A stretch of DNA of 64,000 nt. Origin: Octopus vulgaris. Its lineage: Eukaryota. Position numbers and translations under genes: made by a program. Position 1 is the stretch's first letter, and each line of letters begins with the position of its first letter. A model generated the notes under the pieces. That model worked only from the letters and a program-made list of their open reading frames with translations, did no database searches and was not told the DNA's origin. This document shows, in pieces, positions 18,278 to 31,420 of this stretch. Where the stretch lies: the NCBI GenBank assembly GCA_951406725.2, contig OX597821.1:114638001-114702000 (forward strand), in the 5' to 3' direction.

Positions 18278-19723
18278 CTAGCTGACGTACACGGTAATTC
18301 CCGGGAAAGCGGGACTTATCCCTTTATTCCGTTCTCATAATGTTTCACTAATCCATTAACAACACTGCAAAGTATGTAGCCCTTGAAACGGTTTTTATGC
18401 ATTTGCAGAGAATACCGAACTGTCTTACTCAGGATCTTGTTTTAAGGAATTCCCCAAATGTTATGAATACCCAAATTGTGAAGTCAGTTATGTAATAACA
18501 TGAAATTAATTACCCGATAGTAAGAATTCAAATAAATTAGCCCCCAAAAGGGCTTTTAATATGTAAGGAAATATGTGAATATCTTCTCCGGACCTTTTGG
18601 GGGTGCGAGAAGCAATCACTTTCCGTTGCTTTTATATCCAGACTCTACCAGTCAAAGAAACACAAAACGCAGACGTAAAAAATAGATATACTTTATTGTT
18701 TTATGGTGAGAGATCAGTGGTATATCTGATATCCTTGGTTCTGGGCGCGCAAGGCTGAAAGTTAATCGATTGTAATATTTACAATGTTCAGCCGCTAAAA
18801 CAGAACGGGTTAAAGATGGCCGCGGAATATGAAGACGATGTTGTCCGCAACAATTTGGTAAAAACCTTCGGCCGACTGCTATCAAAGCTGGACAGAGAGA
18901 AATATACGTCTGCTTGTATCAAAGGCCTTCTGCTGTCTCTGCTGGACGCTGTCTCTCGTCAAGGTTTTTGCGTTCCCTTGCCTCTTTTCTAAGGGTCGCT
19001 TTTCCTAGCCAATCAGCTAATTCCACGATAGCAATATTTCCTCTTGGTGATGAAAACACGCGCGAATCAGAAAAGGGCGTTGCGCGCGCGCGCTGTTGTA
19101 TAGCGTCACTACAAATACGTTCCCAGAGTATATAGAACATAGGATGAAATACTAATAAGGTATGTATTTTAAAATCGTGAAGCATGTTACGTAATAACAG
19201 GCTATCAGACATGAGATAATAACAATTCAAAGTAAATAACTCTGAAAAAAGTTTTTATGCGGCGCTAGTGTTGGTATATTCGTGAATAAGTCACTAACCG
19301 AAATAAGTGGATCTATTGTTTAGGAAAATACTATTTACTTGTTGTACTGGATAAATTGCGAAAATAACTCAAATAGTTCAAATACTAAGAAATAAGCATA
19401 CTCAATTTGATTTATACGAAATAATTTACGAATTTGAATGGGCTATTTCCCTTGGCTATACATAAGGATCCCTTTCAAGAGCGAATGAGTTATTTCCCTT
19501 GGATGTTTAAAACTAATATATTAGTTATACGTAGTAGGTATAAGAATCTCTTCCAGGGGCCCTATTATCAATTTTTTTTTCAACAATCTAAGTATGTCAT
19601 GAGGTTTCCAGACATGAGTTCTACTCACATGTCAAGTTTCATCAAAATCAATAAAACGATGTAGGAGGAATTAGATAACAACGCCACAAACAAACACACC
19701 CAGATTTCCACATACGTAACAGA
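18278..19723 (-). mobile_element. Possible non-autonomous Helitron-like element
   Basis: CTAG at 18278-18281 next to a weak GC hairpin; far end resembles the 5' ends of other Helitron-like copies; no ORF. Confidence 0.35.
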
Positions 19724-19930
19724 TGAAAGAGATAATCTTAAATATTCCACAGTTCTATTTCCTCTATCCCACTGCACATATTTCTTTTTCCTCGAGTCCT
19801 AGGAGCTGAGGCGTAACCAGATTTTAAAGTTAGTGGCAGCGAGTACATAAAAAAAGGCTCCGTGACACATACGAAACAATTTTAAACCCATTTCTCTTAA
19901 ATTATGCGAAATATTTCATTAGTTATAATA

Positions 19931-20158
19931 CAGTAATGCCTCGCAATATTGCGGTTCACCTATAGAGGTTTATTGTTTAAGCTTACGTCGATTCCTTTGT
20001 GGTGTAGCTTTGCATTTAAAATAAAATAAATATATACAAATCATAAAAATGATAGTAATAAAATATACAGTACAGTACTGTTTCTACTTCGCGGATTTTC
20101 ACCTTTTGCGTAGGCGGGGGTTTGGAACGAAACACCCACGATAGTCGAGAGATTACTG
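19931..20158. mobile_element. Tc1/mariner-pogo type MITE
   Basis: TA|CAGTAATGCCTCG ... CGAGAGATTACTG|TA: imperfect TIRs with TA duplication. Confidence 0.7.
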
Positions 20159-20662
20159 TAGACGCATTTGTAATCTACATTCATTAACTTCATGTCTCAG
20201 TGACAATGTCATTATGTATGAAACTTACAACTACTGATACGGGTAAGTAAAGAGTTAAAACAACTGTTGAAAGGGAGCTAATTTTAAAAAAGGTACTCGA
20301 CCTGGAGGACGATCGCTCCTCTTGCTCTCTCCTATATTAGCTACGCTACTGCCTAGGACTTCTAGGATTGGTTATCGGTTTTCATGTCATCTAAGCGATT
20401 GAGATCACATCATTTTTCCTAAACGGGGTACTGGTCCGTTGCAGAGTTCAAGGTCAGCAATTTTGAGAGAAGAGGGCAAATTGATTACATCGACCCTAGT
20501 AGTCGAAAGGTACTTTATTTTTATGGCCCTGAAGAGATGACGGGCAAAGTTGAGCTCGGCAGGACTTGGATTCAGAACGTAAAGAGCTAGAAGAAATGTC
20601 GTTAAGCATTCTGCTAGCACTTCGTCTCACCACATGGATCATACAGTAACAAATATTTTTCA

Positions 20663-20773
20663 TATGCGATTGATGATTGGTTAATTTTTATAAGCGATTG
20701 ATGATTGGTTAATTTTCGTATGCGATTGCTGATGGGTTAATTTTCGTATGCGATTGTTGATGGGTTAATTTTC
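20663..20773. repeat. Minisatellite, ~28-29 bp unit x4
   Basis: TATGCGATTGATGATTGGTTAATTTTCG-like unit repeated four times. Confidence 0.9.
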
Positions 20774-21154
20774 TTATCTCCACTTCGCCACTCAGAAAAT
20801 AAACCAAAGTGGAGATGAGTTGTGGTATTTAGAAAAGGTGTCTTTATCAAAGAAATTAATAAAATAAGCGAAGCAAAAGACGAAGTGCATTGCATAAGTT
20901 TGAGACTTTTCTTAATAAGAGGCACTTATAATTACGCTAGATTATCCTAGATTATATTATTATTATTATACATCTAATAATCTGACCTGCCAACTTTTGT
21001 TATTCCAGATTGAAAGAGACGGTTGTAACCATTAGCATAGCAAGAGTGTGTGCCGCCGGGGCGGACTTCCGTTTGCCGCCCCCTTGCCACACAAAAAACA
21101 CATATTGCCTACAGCAGTAGCTTACAACAGGATGAAAAGTGCCGCCCCTTTAAA

Positions 21155-21308
21155 AGCGCAGGAGTGGCAAGAAGCTTGCTTCCCAGCTACATGGTTCCGG
21201 GTTCAGTCCCACTGCGTGGCACCTTGGGCAAGTTTCTTCTATTATAGCCTCGGGCCGACCAAAGACTTGTGAGCGGATTTGTTAGACGGAAACTGAAAGA
21301 AGCCCGTC

Positions 21309-21397
<89 letters not shown>

Positions 21398-22005
21398 TGT
21401 GTGTATTTGTGTGGCTGTGTTTGACCTCCGTCCATCGCTTGGCAACCGATTTTGGTGTGTTTATGTCCTCGTAACTTAGCGGTTTGGCAAAAGAACCCTA
21501 TAGAATAAGTATAAGGCTTACAAAGAATGAGTCCTGGGGGTCGATTAAATAAGTACCAGTTACGCACTGAGGTCGATATAATCGACTTAATCCATTTGTC
21601 TGTCCTTGTTTGTCCTCTCTGTGTTTAGCCTCTTGTGGGTAGTAAAGAAATACGTATTTTGTCTGCCGTTACGTTCTGAGTTCAAATTCCACCGAGGTCA
21701 ACTATGCCTTTCATCCTTTCGGGGTCGATTAAATAAGTACCAGTTACGCACTAGGGTCGATATAATCGACTTAATCCATTTGTCTGTCATTGTTTGTTCT
21801 CTCTGTGTTTAGCCTCTTGTGGGTAGTAAAGAAATAGTTATTTCGTCTGCCGCTACGTTCTGAGTTCAAATTCCACCGAGGTCGACTTTGCCTTTCATCC
21901 TGTCGGGATCGATAAATTAAGTACCAGTTGCATACTGGGGTAAATCTAATCGACTGGCCCCCTCCCCCCAAATTTCGGGCCTTGTGCCTAGAGTAGAAAA
22001 GAATA
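21155..22005 (+). mobile_element. Composite SINE cluster: family 2 copy followed by tandem partial family 1 units
   Basis: 21155-21545 matches 61861-62265; 21538-22005 holds three overlapping family 1 bodies. Confidence 0.8.
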
Positions 22006-22094
22006 TTTCTATTGAATGTAAATGTGTTTATAATGTTTCATTTGTCTGCTGAATTCCTTGATTGTGCTTCATTTCTTCTTCTTTACAAGTGAAA

Positions 22095-22294
22095 ATGTTC
22101 AAAAGGGAAGCCATGTTGTTTGCTGTGTTGTCGATGTTTTTGTTCCTGATAAATCCCGTGGAACTCATCTCAATGCCGTCATCTAAATGTGCACTCACTA
22201 CAGCGGACTGCATAAAAGACCCAACTTGTATTAGCGATTTATTTCGCTGCAAATGTACGCCATTTGTTGCAACTTCTGCACAACATTTTTGCTT
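22095..22294 (+). CDS. Gene A exon 2 CDS: signal peptide plus first six Cys of a secreted cysteine-rich peptide
   Basis: Acceptor TTCTTCTTCTTTACAAG| ends 22089; ATG 22095; MFKREAMLFAVLSMFLFLINPVELISMPSSKCALTTADCIKDPTCISDLFRCKCTPFVATSAQHFC(L); phase-2 donor TT|GTAAGT. Same length (200 nt) and Cys spacing as the paralog at 47794-47993. Confidence 0.9.
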
Positions 22295-22999
22295 GTAAGT
22301 ATACATATTTTATTAACAAAAATAACATTAATTCAAGCATCTTGTTCAAATAATTGAATTTTTATCTATATATAAAGTGTGTGTGTGTTTATTTAGCAGA
22401 AAAGCATAAATTTTTATATGAAGTGCGCACTTTATTCTGCTCAATAGCTGTTTCATGAAGACAGACATTAAATGTTTAATTACATAATTGGGAAACACAA
22501 TTAATTTAAATTAAGATTATTTAAAAGCTTTGTTTACCAAAATTCCCAAGAATATTGTTTTATGTTAATGAGAAAATTGTTACTGGTTTAAATACATCAA
22601 GATAGAGAATTATTTTTTGATGTCTATACTTCAATTTTCATATGGATATGTGTGTGTGTCTACGAAGGCGCATGGCCTAATGGTTAAGGTGTTGTACACA
22701 CGATTTCAAGTTTGTGGTATCGATTCCCAGATAGGAATTGCGTTGTGTTCTTGAGCAAGGTAGTCTATTCAAAGTTGCTTCAGTCCACATGGCCGTAAAT
22801 GGTTGACAATGCGATGGACTGGCGTCCTGTTCAGGAGCGGCTGGGGGAAAGGGTTGTCCTGCCCACCTAGACAACGGCGAGGTGGCATCTTTCGAAAGCT
22901 ACAACACTGCAAGGAAGCGCATTGTGACTAGCGTTGCACAACATCCGATGGTCTGGTCAATATGACCTGATTAACTATGCAGGTGACTAGCCCGTATTC

Positions 23000-23670
23000 T
23001 ACCTTACTGGATATTTGGGTATCTCAACAGTGATACCAGGTGGACTGGGTCTTTCCTCGTTTTCATGTCTTTAATTGCCTTATCTACCACTAGGATAGCC
23101 GGTCTCTCTTTTGGGTTTATGTGAGGGCAGCTCTCTTTATCCCATTGATTCTCCACATTCAACAGTTTTTCTTTGTAACTTTTCCTCGCCTTTTTTTGTC
23201 CAAAATTATCCATTCGCACACACTTCTCTCCCACATACTGTCGAACAATCCAGAACACTTCAAGTCTCTGATGTTCACGCTGTAGGACATTAGCAAACCT
23301 CTTCCCTTCTGCTTCTGTCCTAGCTAGATAAACTTGACGTCTAGCCTTCTGACAGGATTCTTTGCTACCCCGCCCCACTTTTCCATTCTTTCCAGACCCG
23401 TCTCTTTTTTTATAGTTCTATCAACGTCACTGTTCCACCACCCACGTCACTCTTGTCTTCGATCCATCCACACAGTTAGCCTGTTGCTCTCAGTAGGTTG
23501 TCCTGCTGGAACTTCCATTGGTCCTCTATGTCATATGTCTCCACCTCTCCCTCTTTCTCATCAAAAGTCTCGTTAAGTCTCTGTTTCAAGAACCCTTGAG
23601 TTTTCACAACCTCCTTTTCCATATCAGCTTGCGTCTCTGGATCCGTCTGGCCTTACGCCTGAAGTCACTA
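23000..23670 (-). mobile_element. Decayed LINE fragment (region between endonuclease and RT)
   Basis: KARRQVYLAR..KLLNVEN..VDKAIKDMKTRK resembles the segment preceding the LINE RT domain; frameshifted. Confidence 0.5.
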
Positions 23671-23671
23671 A

Positions 23672-23705
<34 letters not shown>

Positions 23706-23706
<1 letters not shown>

Positions 23707-24186
23707 TAGCAGTATCACCCGGCGTTGCTCGGGTTTGTAAAGGAAATAACTATATAAGCATATTTAGAGAGTTATAGCCAAAAAATAGCAAAAAAAATGC
23801 ATTAAAAATGGGAAAAAAATGATGGTAATTTTTTTTAAAGATTGTTGACTCATTGTAGACATTTTTAGAGAGTTACTTCCCTTATATAATAGCGAAAAAT
23901 GCATTAAAATGGAAAAAAATAATGGTAAATTATTTTAAAAATCGTAGACTCATCGTAAACATTTTTAGAGAGTTACTTCCCTTATATAATAGCAAAAAAT
24001 GCATTAAAATGGAAAAAATAATGGTAAATTATTTTAAAAATCGTAGACTCATCGTAGACGCGCGCTAATACCCAGAAGGGCTCGATATGAATCACGACTA
24101 TAAGATACCCGCTTTTGGTTAAACTGCACCGCAAAATGTAGGAGTAGTTAGGAATCTAAATCGTAGGAGACAGACACACAACTTGA

Positions 24187-24195
<9 letters not shown>
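23706..24195 (-). mobile_element. Non-autonomous Helitron
   Basis: 3' CTAG with subterminal hairpin CCCGGCGTTGCTCGGG; same family as 31493-32519 and 62415-62797; internal ~79 bp tandem duplications. Confidence 0.75.
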
Positions 24196-24226
<31 letters not shown>

Positions 24227-24227
<1 letters not shown>

Positions 24228-25373
24228 TAGCATTAAAGACCCGTCGTTGCCGGGTCATAGTGCTAGTGCATGCATATATGTGTATATATATGTGTACATA
24301 TTACATGTACATCTATATATATATATATACATCTACACGTAAAATACAAAATACAAAGTTATATCTTGATATCGCTAGTGATAACAATACTCAAAATATA
24401 TAACAGACTGGAATTGTTAGCCCGTCTCTTGTAATTTCGATCAATTGTATCTTGTCCTCCCTCTTGTATAGAAGTGTGGCTACAATCCAGCCTACCTCTA
24501 CTTCTGGGGGTGGAGGGCATTTAAAATTTTTTCTGGGACGTCCTACGTCCCAGATATAAAGGTAAAAACAAAATATTTCCACTGTGCAAGTTCGAGTCGA
24601 GTACTCCCTTGCACGCTCCGTTGACTCGAACCTTGCTTCTATTGTGGCGAATTTACCGCCTCTGATTAGATACCTTTCATAGTCGCACCAAGACACTTTT
24701 CGAAGGTGCTTTCCTCCATGTGTTCAAATCTTTTTTCTCTACATTGTATACTTTATAGACAATAGTCTTTTCTTTAATTTAATTTTTTATTATCCATCTG
24801 GACTATTCCATTTCTGCACGTTAATTTTATTTTTAATTTATTTTCCCATTCATGTGAAACCACTTATTCAAGTTCAAATCATTGATGCAATTTTATACCA
24901 ATTGCTATTTTTACTTTTGTTATGTTACGATTATATTATACTTTAGTTTGATTTTAATTATTACTTACTACATATAATTCAATTGTTATAATTATTTTTA
25001 TTGTTAAAGTGAAAGGATCTGACATAAAATAGAGAAACGTTTTTGTTTCACTTTTAACACGTAATACTGAAATAGTGGAGAAGATATAATATTGCTATGG
25101 GCTCGCTCTAGGCAAGAAGTTAAACATTTTTTTGCCCATGAAACTACGTGGACCCTAAGTAAGGCATGTGTAAAATTTGAATGGAATTGGTTGTGTAGTT
25201 CTAAAGTTTTAGGGAATCGTAGTGGAGGAGATATGATATTGCTGTGGGATCGCCCTAGGCATGTGTAAAATTTGAATGAAGTTGGTTGTGTAGTTCTCAA
25301 GTTTTAGGGAAAGTTTTAGGGAAACACACAGACAGACAGACAGACAGACACATTCTCAGTTTTATATATATAA

Positions 25374-25377
<4 letters not shown>
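24227..25377 (-). mobile_element. Helitron-like element containing a Tx1-type LINE ORF1 fragment (~24390-24770)
   Basis: CTAG 24227-24230 with hairpin GACCCGTCGTTGCCGGGTC; 5' end TCTTTATATATATAAAACTGAG. Internal YLIRGGKFATIEARFESTERAREYST aligns to ORF1 FITRGSRFGTVEVRFPSEEIAREHST at ~36400. Confidence 0.55.
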
Positions 25378-25421
<44 letters not shown>

Positions 25422-25426
<5 letters not shown>

Positions 25427-25772
25427 TCAGTCCCACTGCGTGGCATCTTGGGCACGTGTCTTCTGCTATAGCCCCGGGCCGACCAATGTCTTGTGAGTGG
25501 ATTTGGTAGACGGAAACTGAAAGAAGCCTGTCGTATATATGTATATATATATATAAGTGTGTGTGAATATGTTTGTGTGTCTGTGTTTGTTCCCCTAGCA
25601 TTGCTTGACAACCGATGCTGGTGTGTTTACGTCCCCGTAACTTAGCGGTTCGGCAAAAGAGACCGATAGAATAAGTACTGGGCTTACAAAGAATAAGTCC
25701 CGGGGTCGATTTGCTCGACTAAAGGCGGTGCTCCAGCATGGCCGCAGTCAAATGACTGAAACAAGTAAAAAA
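25422..25772 (+). mobile_element. SINE family 2 (tRNA-like head, internal (TA)n(TG)n); other copies 9010-9225, 11408-11570 -, 45925-46095 -
   Basis: GGGTTCAGTCCCACTGCGTGGCA..GGATTTGGTAGACGGAAACTGAAAGAAGCC..GGCGGTGCTCCAGCATGGCCGCAGTCAAATGACTGAAAC repeated in the window. Confidence 0.8.
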
Positions 25773-25823
25773 AAAATATATATATATATATACGAGAAAA
25801 AAGCAACAAGAATGGATTAGTTT

Positions 25824-25914
25824 TTTTAGTACAATTGTTTCATACAAAGACAAGCTTTATTAAAAGCTGCAAATATTGCAGCAAATACAAGTGTCCCGTT
25901 CTCATCAGCTAAAA
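25824..25914 (-). ncRNA. Candidate type I hammerhead ribozyme with long stem II
   Basis: Minus strand TTTTAG-CTGATGA-(~60 nt imperfect stem II with inner GCTGCAA/TTGCAGC hairpin)-GAAA-CAATTG-TA-CTAAAA. Confidence 0.6.
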
Positions 25915-26377
25915 CACATATGAGTTCTCCAAGCATCCTAGTGGGTGAGGCTACACTCATGAAGTATCGGAGATAGTTCTATAAAAAGCAAATTTAGGTT
26001 GTAAGCGGACTTCCAAAGTTCTTTAATGATGATGCACAATCTTATAACAGGTTTTAAAAAGCTTATTAGCCTCACAGAGAAGGTGAATCAATCCATAATG
26101 TAGGTGCAAATTTCCAGAGATATGAGGAGATATTTCATACTCACAGACGATGAATCTATCCATGATTAATCCACAATGAGGTGGGTATAATTTCCTGCTA
26201 TATGATAAGATACTTGTCACACCTCTGTTCATTTCACAAAACTGCTATGTTAGAATTTATAAAGGCTGAAGGAATTTTGTGGAGCAAAGAAAAGAAAAAG
26301 AAAAAGAAGAAAAAAATAGAAAAACCGCCCACATAGAGCATACTGGGATAACTGAGAGGGAAGGGGTCGCAGGTACC

Positions 26378-26455
<78 letters not shown>

Positions 26456-26738
26456 TTTATATATATATATTATACATAAGTTAGTGACATATATAATATA
26501 CATAATATATAATCAGTTTTCGATCTTTATTGGCGTCTACCAGAAGCGTCTACCAGAGAAACAAACAAACAATGAGTTTATATACTCATCAAAATCTGTA
26601 GCTACAGAAAACTGCGTCTACTCATTTGCATACTATACGTGTTTAGAACTTTATTTAAGATCAGCGGTCTGTCGACGGAAATCACAGTTCACAAATTATC
26701 TGGGGATGATATGATAATATATGTAACCTCTGTAGTAG

Positions 26739-26769
<31 letters not shown>

Positions 26770-27444
26770 TATTTACTATAATAGTACGCTTGTGTTTTTC
26801 TCCGTCACAACATATGAATGAGAAAGGAAGGGGGTGATAGCTGAATAATGAAGGAAGGGGTGATGGCTAACTGGTAGTGGGATGATGGTATTTCTACAGT
26901 GAAAAAATCAAACAGCATTTCAGCTTTGTGTGAGTATATGAATATATGTTAAAGGGAGGTATGTGAACGTTTTTGTGTGTGTGTGTGTGTGTGCGTGTGT
27001 TGTGTGTGTTTGCGTGTGTATGCGTGTGTGTGTGTGGGGGGGGGGGGGAGAGCAATGGAAGTGAGATGGCGAACATTCAACGCCGAAAAGAAAAATCAAA
27101 CAGTGTTTCAACTCTGCGTGAGTATATGTGTCCATGCGTATGTGTGTGCGCGTACAAGGGAAGTATGTGAATGTTTGTATGTGTGAACCAGCATTCTTTC
27201 AGTAACAAATGATGATCGATGTCACATCTCAAAAGACAACGACAAGATAATATTGACAAGTGTATTAATTTGATTTACCATCCGTATTCTATCTGTTATG
27301 TTAAAAATAATTAGTACAACCACACACACCTACACACACATATACATATACAAACTCATGAGAAAAAGTAATTATCGCCTTAGTGTATCAAGAATATAAA
27401 ACGACTGCAGTTGGAAGGTATATTATAAATTTGGTAATAAAAGA

Positions 27445-28004
27445 ATTATTCTTTTCTACTCTAAGCACAAGGCCCGAAACTTTTGTGGTTGATCCCAGTA
27501 CGCAACTGGTACTTAATTTATCGACCCCGAAAGGATAAAAGGCAAAGTCGACCTTGACAGAATTTGAACTCAGAACGTAAAGACAGACGAAATATCTATT
27601 TCTTTACTGCCCACAAAGGGCTACACACAGAGGGGACAGACAAAGACAGACAAACGGATTAAGTAGATTATATCGACGCCAGTGCGTAACTGGTACTTAT
27701 TTAATCGACCCCGAAAGGATGAAAAGCAAAGTCGACCTCGGCGAAATTTGAACTCAGAACGTATCGGCAAACGAAATACCTATTTCTTTACTGCCTACAA
27801 GGGGCTACACACAGAGGGGACAAACAAGGACAGACAAACGGATTAAGTCGATTACATCGACCTCAGTGCGTAACTGGTACTTATTTAATCGACCCCGAAA
27901 GGATGAAAGGCAAAATCGATCTCGGCGTAATTTGAACTCACAACGTAGCGGCAAACTAAGCATTTCGCCCGACGTGCTAACGTTTCTGCCAGCTCGCCGC
28001 CTTA
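27445..28004 (-). mobile_element. Tandem trimer of SINE family 1
   Basis: One head at ~28004 followed by three body/tail units of ~185 bp. Confidence 0.8.
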
Positions 28005-28045
28005 AAAAAGGGAATTATTAAGCTAAGAACTTGGTTTTGTACCAT

Positions 28046-29186
28046 ATCTGTATATATAAAACTCAACTTTTGTGTCTGTGTGTGTATCTTGTGTGTGTGT
28101 GTCTGTGTGTTTAACTTCCCGGCACATCTCCTTCTAGCCAACAAATCGTAGAACCACCAAAAATGGGTCACTTAAAGTTTAGGCGAATGAAAATTGAACT
28201 GCGCTATTTCTGTTTCGAAATTCATCTCGCAAGTGCAAAAATCAATAATGTGTTTGTTTAGGCCTTATCCCATGCATTGAATAGTGAACTTTACTCAGTC
28301 AGCTGTTTGACGTGAACTGTGTTCACCACGCGTGCAAGCATGCGAAAATTGCATGAAAAAAAAATCACGATATAAAAACGAATCGCCGTAAACATTGTAG
28401 AAATTCGGCAAAGAAATGAATTTTCGGAATGTAGACTGGAGGGTTTTTTCGTATTAATCGTTTGGACTTTGTGAACACATACCAATTGTTTTCATAACAT
28501 TTTTAACGCTTTGAATTAAATGTGATCATTTTGCGTTGAGTCTGCAGTTTGAATCACTTTAACCAAATCTTAGCAGGCCGGATTTTTGATCATCACGATA
28601 CATCGCCAGCGACTCCCTGAAACTCTCCCCTGAAATCCCCGTTGAGAAATCTATATATATAAAACTCAACTTGTGTGTCTGTGTGTTTAACTTTTGGATC
28701 TACCAAGTTTCATTATTAAGGATGGAAAGTAGTGTGTAGTAAATCTATATATATAAAGCTGAAGTTGTCTGTGTGTGGCAGGTTTGGTAGCCTTAAACTA
28801 ACACTATCTCCTTCGAGACCCTGCAGCGCAAGTTGACCAAAATTGAGAGTATGATAGAAGGCTTGCTCTTCATTCTGTAGAAGATAAAATTCAAATCGGA
28901 CCATGTTAACACCAAAAATTATTTACATCAAAAAGGTGCTTTTTTTTCTATGAAAATCCCTATTTTTACGATTTTTGACTGCTGTGTCACCATTTTTCGG
29001 TGTATTTCAACCGGAAAAATGTTCCCTTGAAGAGAATAACAAGTTGCATTATGCAAAATTTTTACTTTTCAAAAGTTCCAATTCTAAAGGGTCGAAACAA
29101 ACCCAAGCAACACCGGGTGATACTGCTAGTTTACATATAAAATACTACAATTAGCCGTCACTTTTGACGGTACGGGGTCAGCTAGT
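28046..29186 (+). mobile_element. Nested non-autonomous Helitron cluster
   Basis: Three A|TCT(A/G)TATATATAAA 5' ends (~28046, 28649, 28743) and two hairpin+CTAG 3' ends (~29129, ~29185). Confidence 0.6.
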
Positions 29187-29442
29187 ATGTATATAATATA
29201 TACTATTTATTTCGTTTTTGTATTTCGTTTGCAAGGTTCTTTACACACACATACACACACACACACACACAACACAACACGCACACAACACAACACAAAG
29301 TGTGGCTGTTTAGTTCACTGGTGATCTAAACGATTAGGTACGCTAGGTAAGTGTTGTAACGAATTACTGGGGCTCCATGGTTATAACCGAGACGGTAGAT
29401 GCGGAGCCATTGCAGATTTCCGATGCAGCGGATATATAAATG

Positions 29443-29585
29443 GTTAAACAGGACGTCAAACATTTAGGCAAGTCAAATCTCTCAAGTCATATACAATATT
29501 ATTATAGGAAGAAATTCTTCCTGCAATAATATTGTATATGACTTGAGATATTTGCCTTGCCTTAATGTTTGACGTTCTGTTTAAC
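29443..29585. repeat. ~143 bp imperfect palindrome (MITE-like)
   Basis: GTTAAACAGGACGTCAAACATT..GGAAGAA / TTCTTCC..AATGTTTGACGTTCTGTTTAAC with almost no loop. Confidence 0.85.
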
Positions 29586-29608
29586 TATTATATGTATATA
29601 TATGTATG

Positions 29609-29670
<62 letters not shown>

Positions 29671-29709
29671 GGGGGGGTATGTATATTTACCAATGCGCAT
29701 ACACATTAA

Positions 29710-30905
29710 ATACATACATACGTACATACATACGTACATACATACATACATACATACATACATACATACATACATACATACATACATACATACATACATA
29801 CATACATGCATACATACATACATACATACATTCATACATACGTACATACGTACATACATACATACGTACATACATACATACATACGTACATACATACATA
29901 CATACATACGTACATACATACATACATACATACATACATACATACATACATACATACATACATACGTACATACATATATACATACATACATACATACATA
30001 CATACATACATACATACATACATACATACATTCATGCATACATACATACATACATTCATACATACATACATACGTACATACATACATACGTACATACATA
30101 CATACATACATACATACATACATACATACATACGTACATACATACATACATACATACATACGTACATACATACATACATACATACATACATACATACATA
30201 CATACATACATACATACATACATACATACATACATACATACATACATACATACATACGTACATACATACATTCATGCATACATACATACATACATACATA
30301 CGTACATACATACATACATACATACATACATACATACATACATACATACATACATACATACATACATACGTACATACATACATACATACATACATACATA
30401 CATACATACATACATACATTCATGCATACATACATACATACATACATACATACATACATACATACATACGTACATACATATATACATACATACATACATA
30501 CATACGTACATACATACATACGTACATATATACATACATACATACATACATACATACATACATACGTACGTACGTACGTACATACATACATACATACATA
30601 CGTACGTACGTACGTACGTACGTACGTACGTACATACATACATACATACATACATACATACATACATACGTACGTACGTACGTACGTACGTATATACATA
30701 CATACATACATACATACATACATACATACATACATACATACATACATACATACGTACGTACATACATACATACATACATACATACATACATACATACATA
30801 CATACATACATACATACATACATACGTACGTACATACATACATACACACATACATACATACATACATACATACATACATACATACATACATACATTCATG
30901 CATAC
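29710..30905. repeat. (CATA)n array, ~1.2 kb, with CGTA/CATT variants
   Basis: Directly visible. Confidence 0.97.
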
Positions 30906-30994
30906 ATATATTTATTTATCTATTTATTTATGTATTTATGTATGTATGTATTTATTTATTTATTTATTGATTGATTCGCCTCTTCTCTCCGCAG

Positions 30995-31039
30995 AGTGTG
31001 TTCAGTACTCTTGAAGACTCAGTGTACCTGCTGTGTTTG
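30995..31039 (+). CDS. Gene A exon 3 (45 nt): (L)VCSVLLKTQCTCCV plus first two bases of the stop codon
   Basis: Acceptor TCTTCTCTCCGCAG|, donor TG|GTAAGA; phase 2 matches exon 2; gives an even Cys count (10); aligns to gene B exon 3 (L..TCC). Confidence 0.8.
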
Positions 31040-31156
31040 GTAAGAAACAATTGTATCGTAAATATAATAAAGATCCTTTCAATTCAGATTATTAAACTAA
31101 AATAGAATGACGGATGTAATTATTACAGATGCTCATTATGTATTATATATGATTAA

Positions 31157-31420
<264 letters not shown>

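Noticed and set aside
20663-20773. 28-29 bp repeats as a CRISPR array
   Set aside because: No spacers, eukaryotic context; a plain minisatellite.
22185-22260. Resemblance of C-x6-C-xxDPTC to the GDNF-receptor/GAS1 domain start, and of the tail to twisted gastrulation
   Set aside because: The remaining Cys spacing and length do not fit; no family name assigned without a profile or structure search.
22062-22298. Single-exon 78 aa ORF ending FCL* (and 47790-47993)
   Set aside because: The TAA is part of the GTAAGT donor in both paralogs, and the upstream extension is polypyrimidine tract.
29565-31014. 400-470 aa YIHT/MYVC ORFs
   Set aside because: Same microsatellite artefact; only the 45 nt exon at the end is supported.
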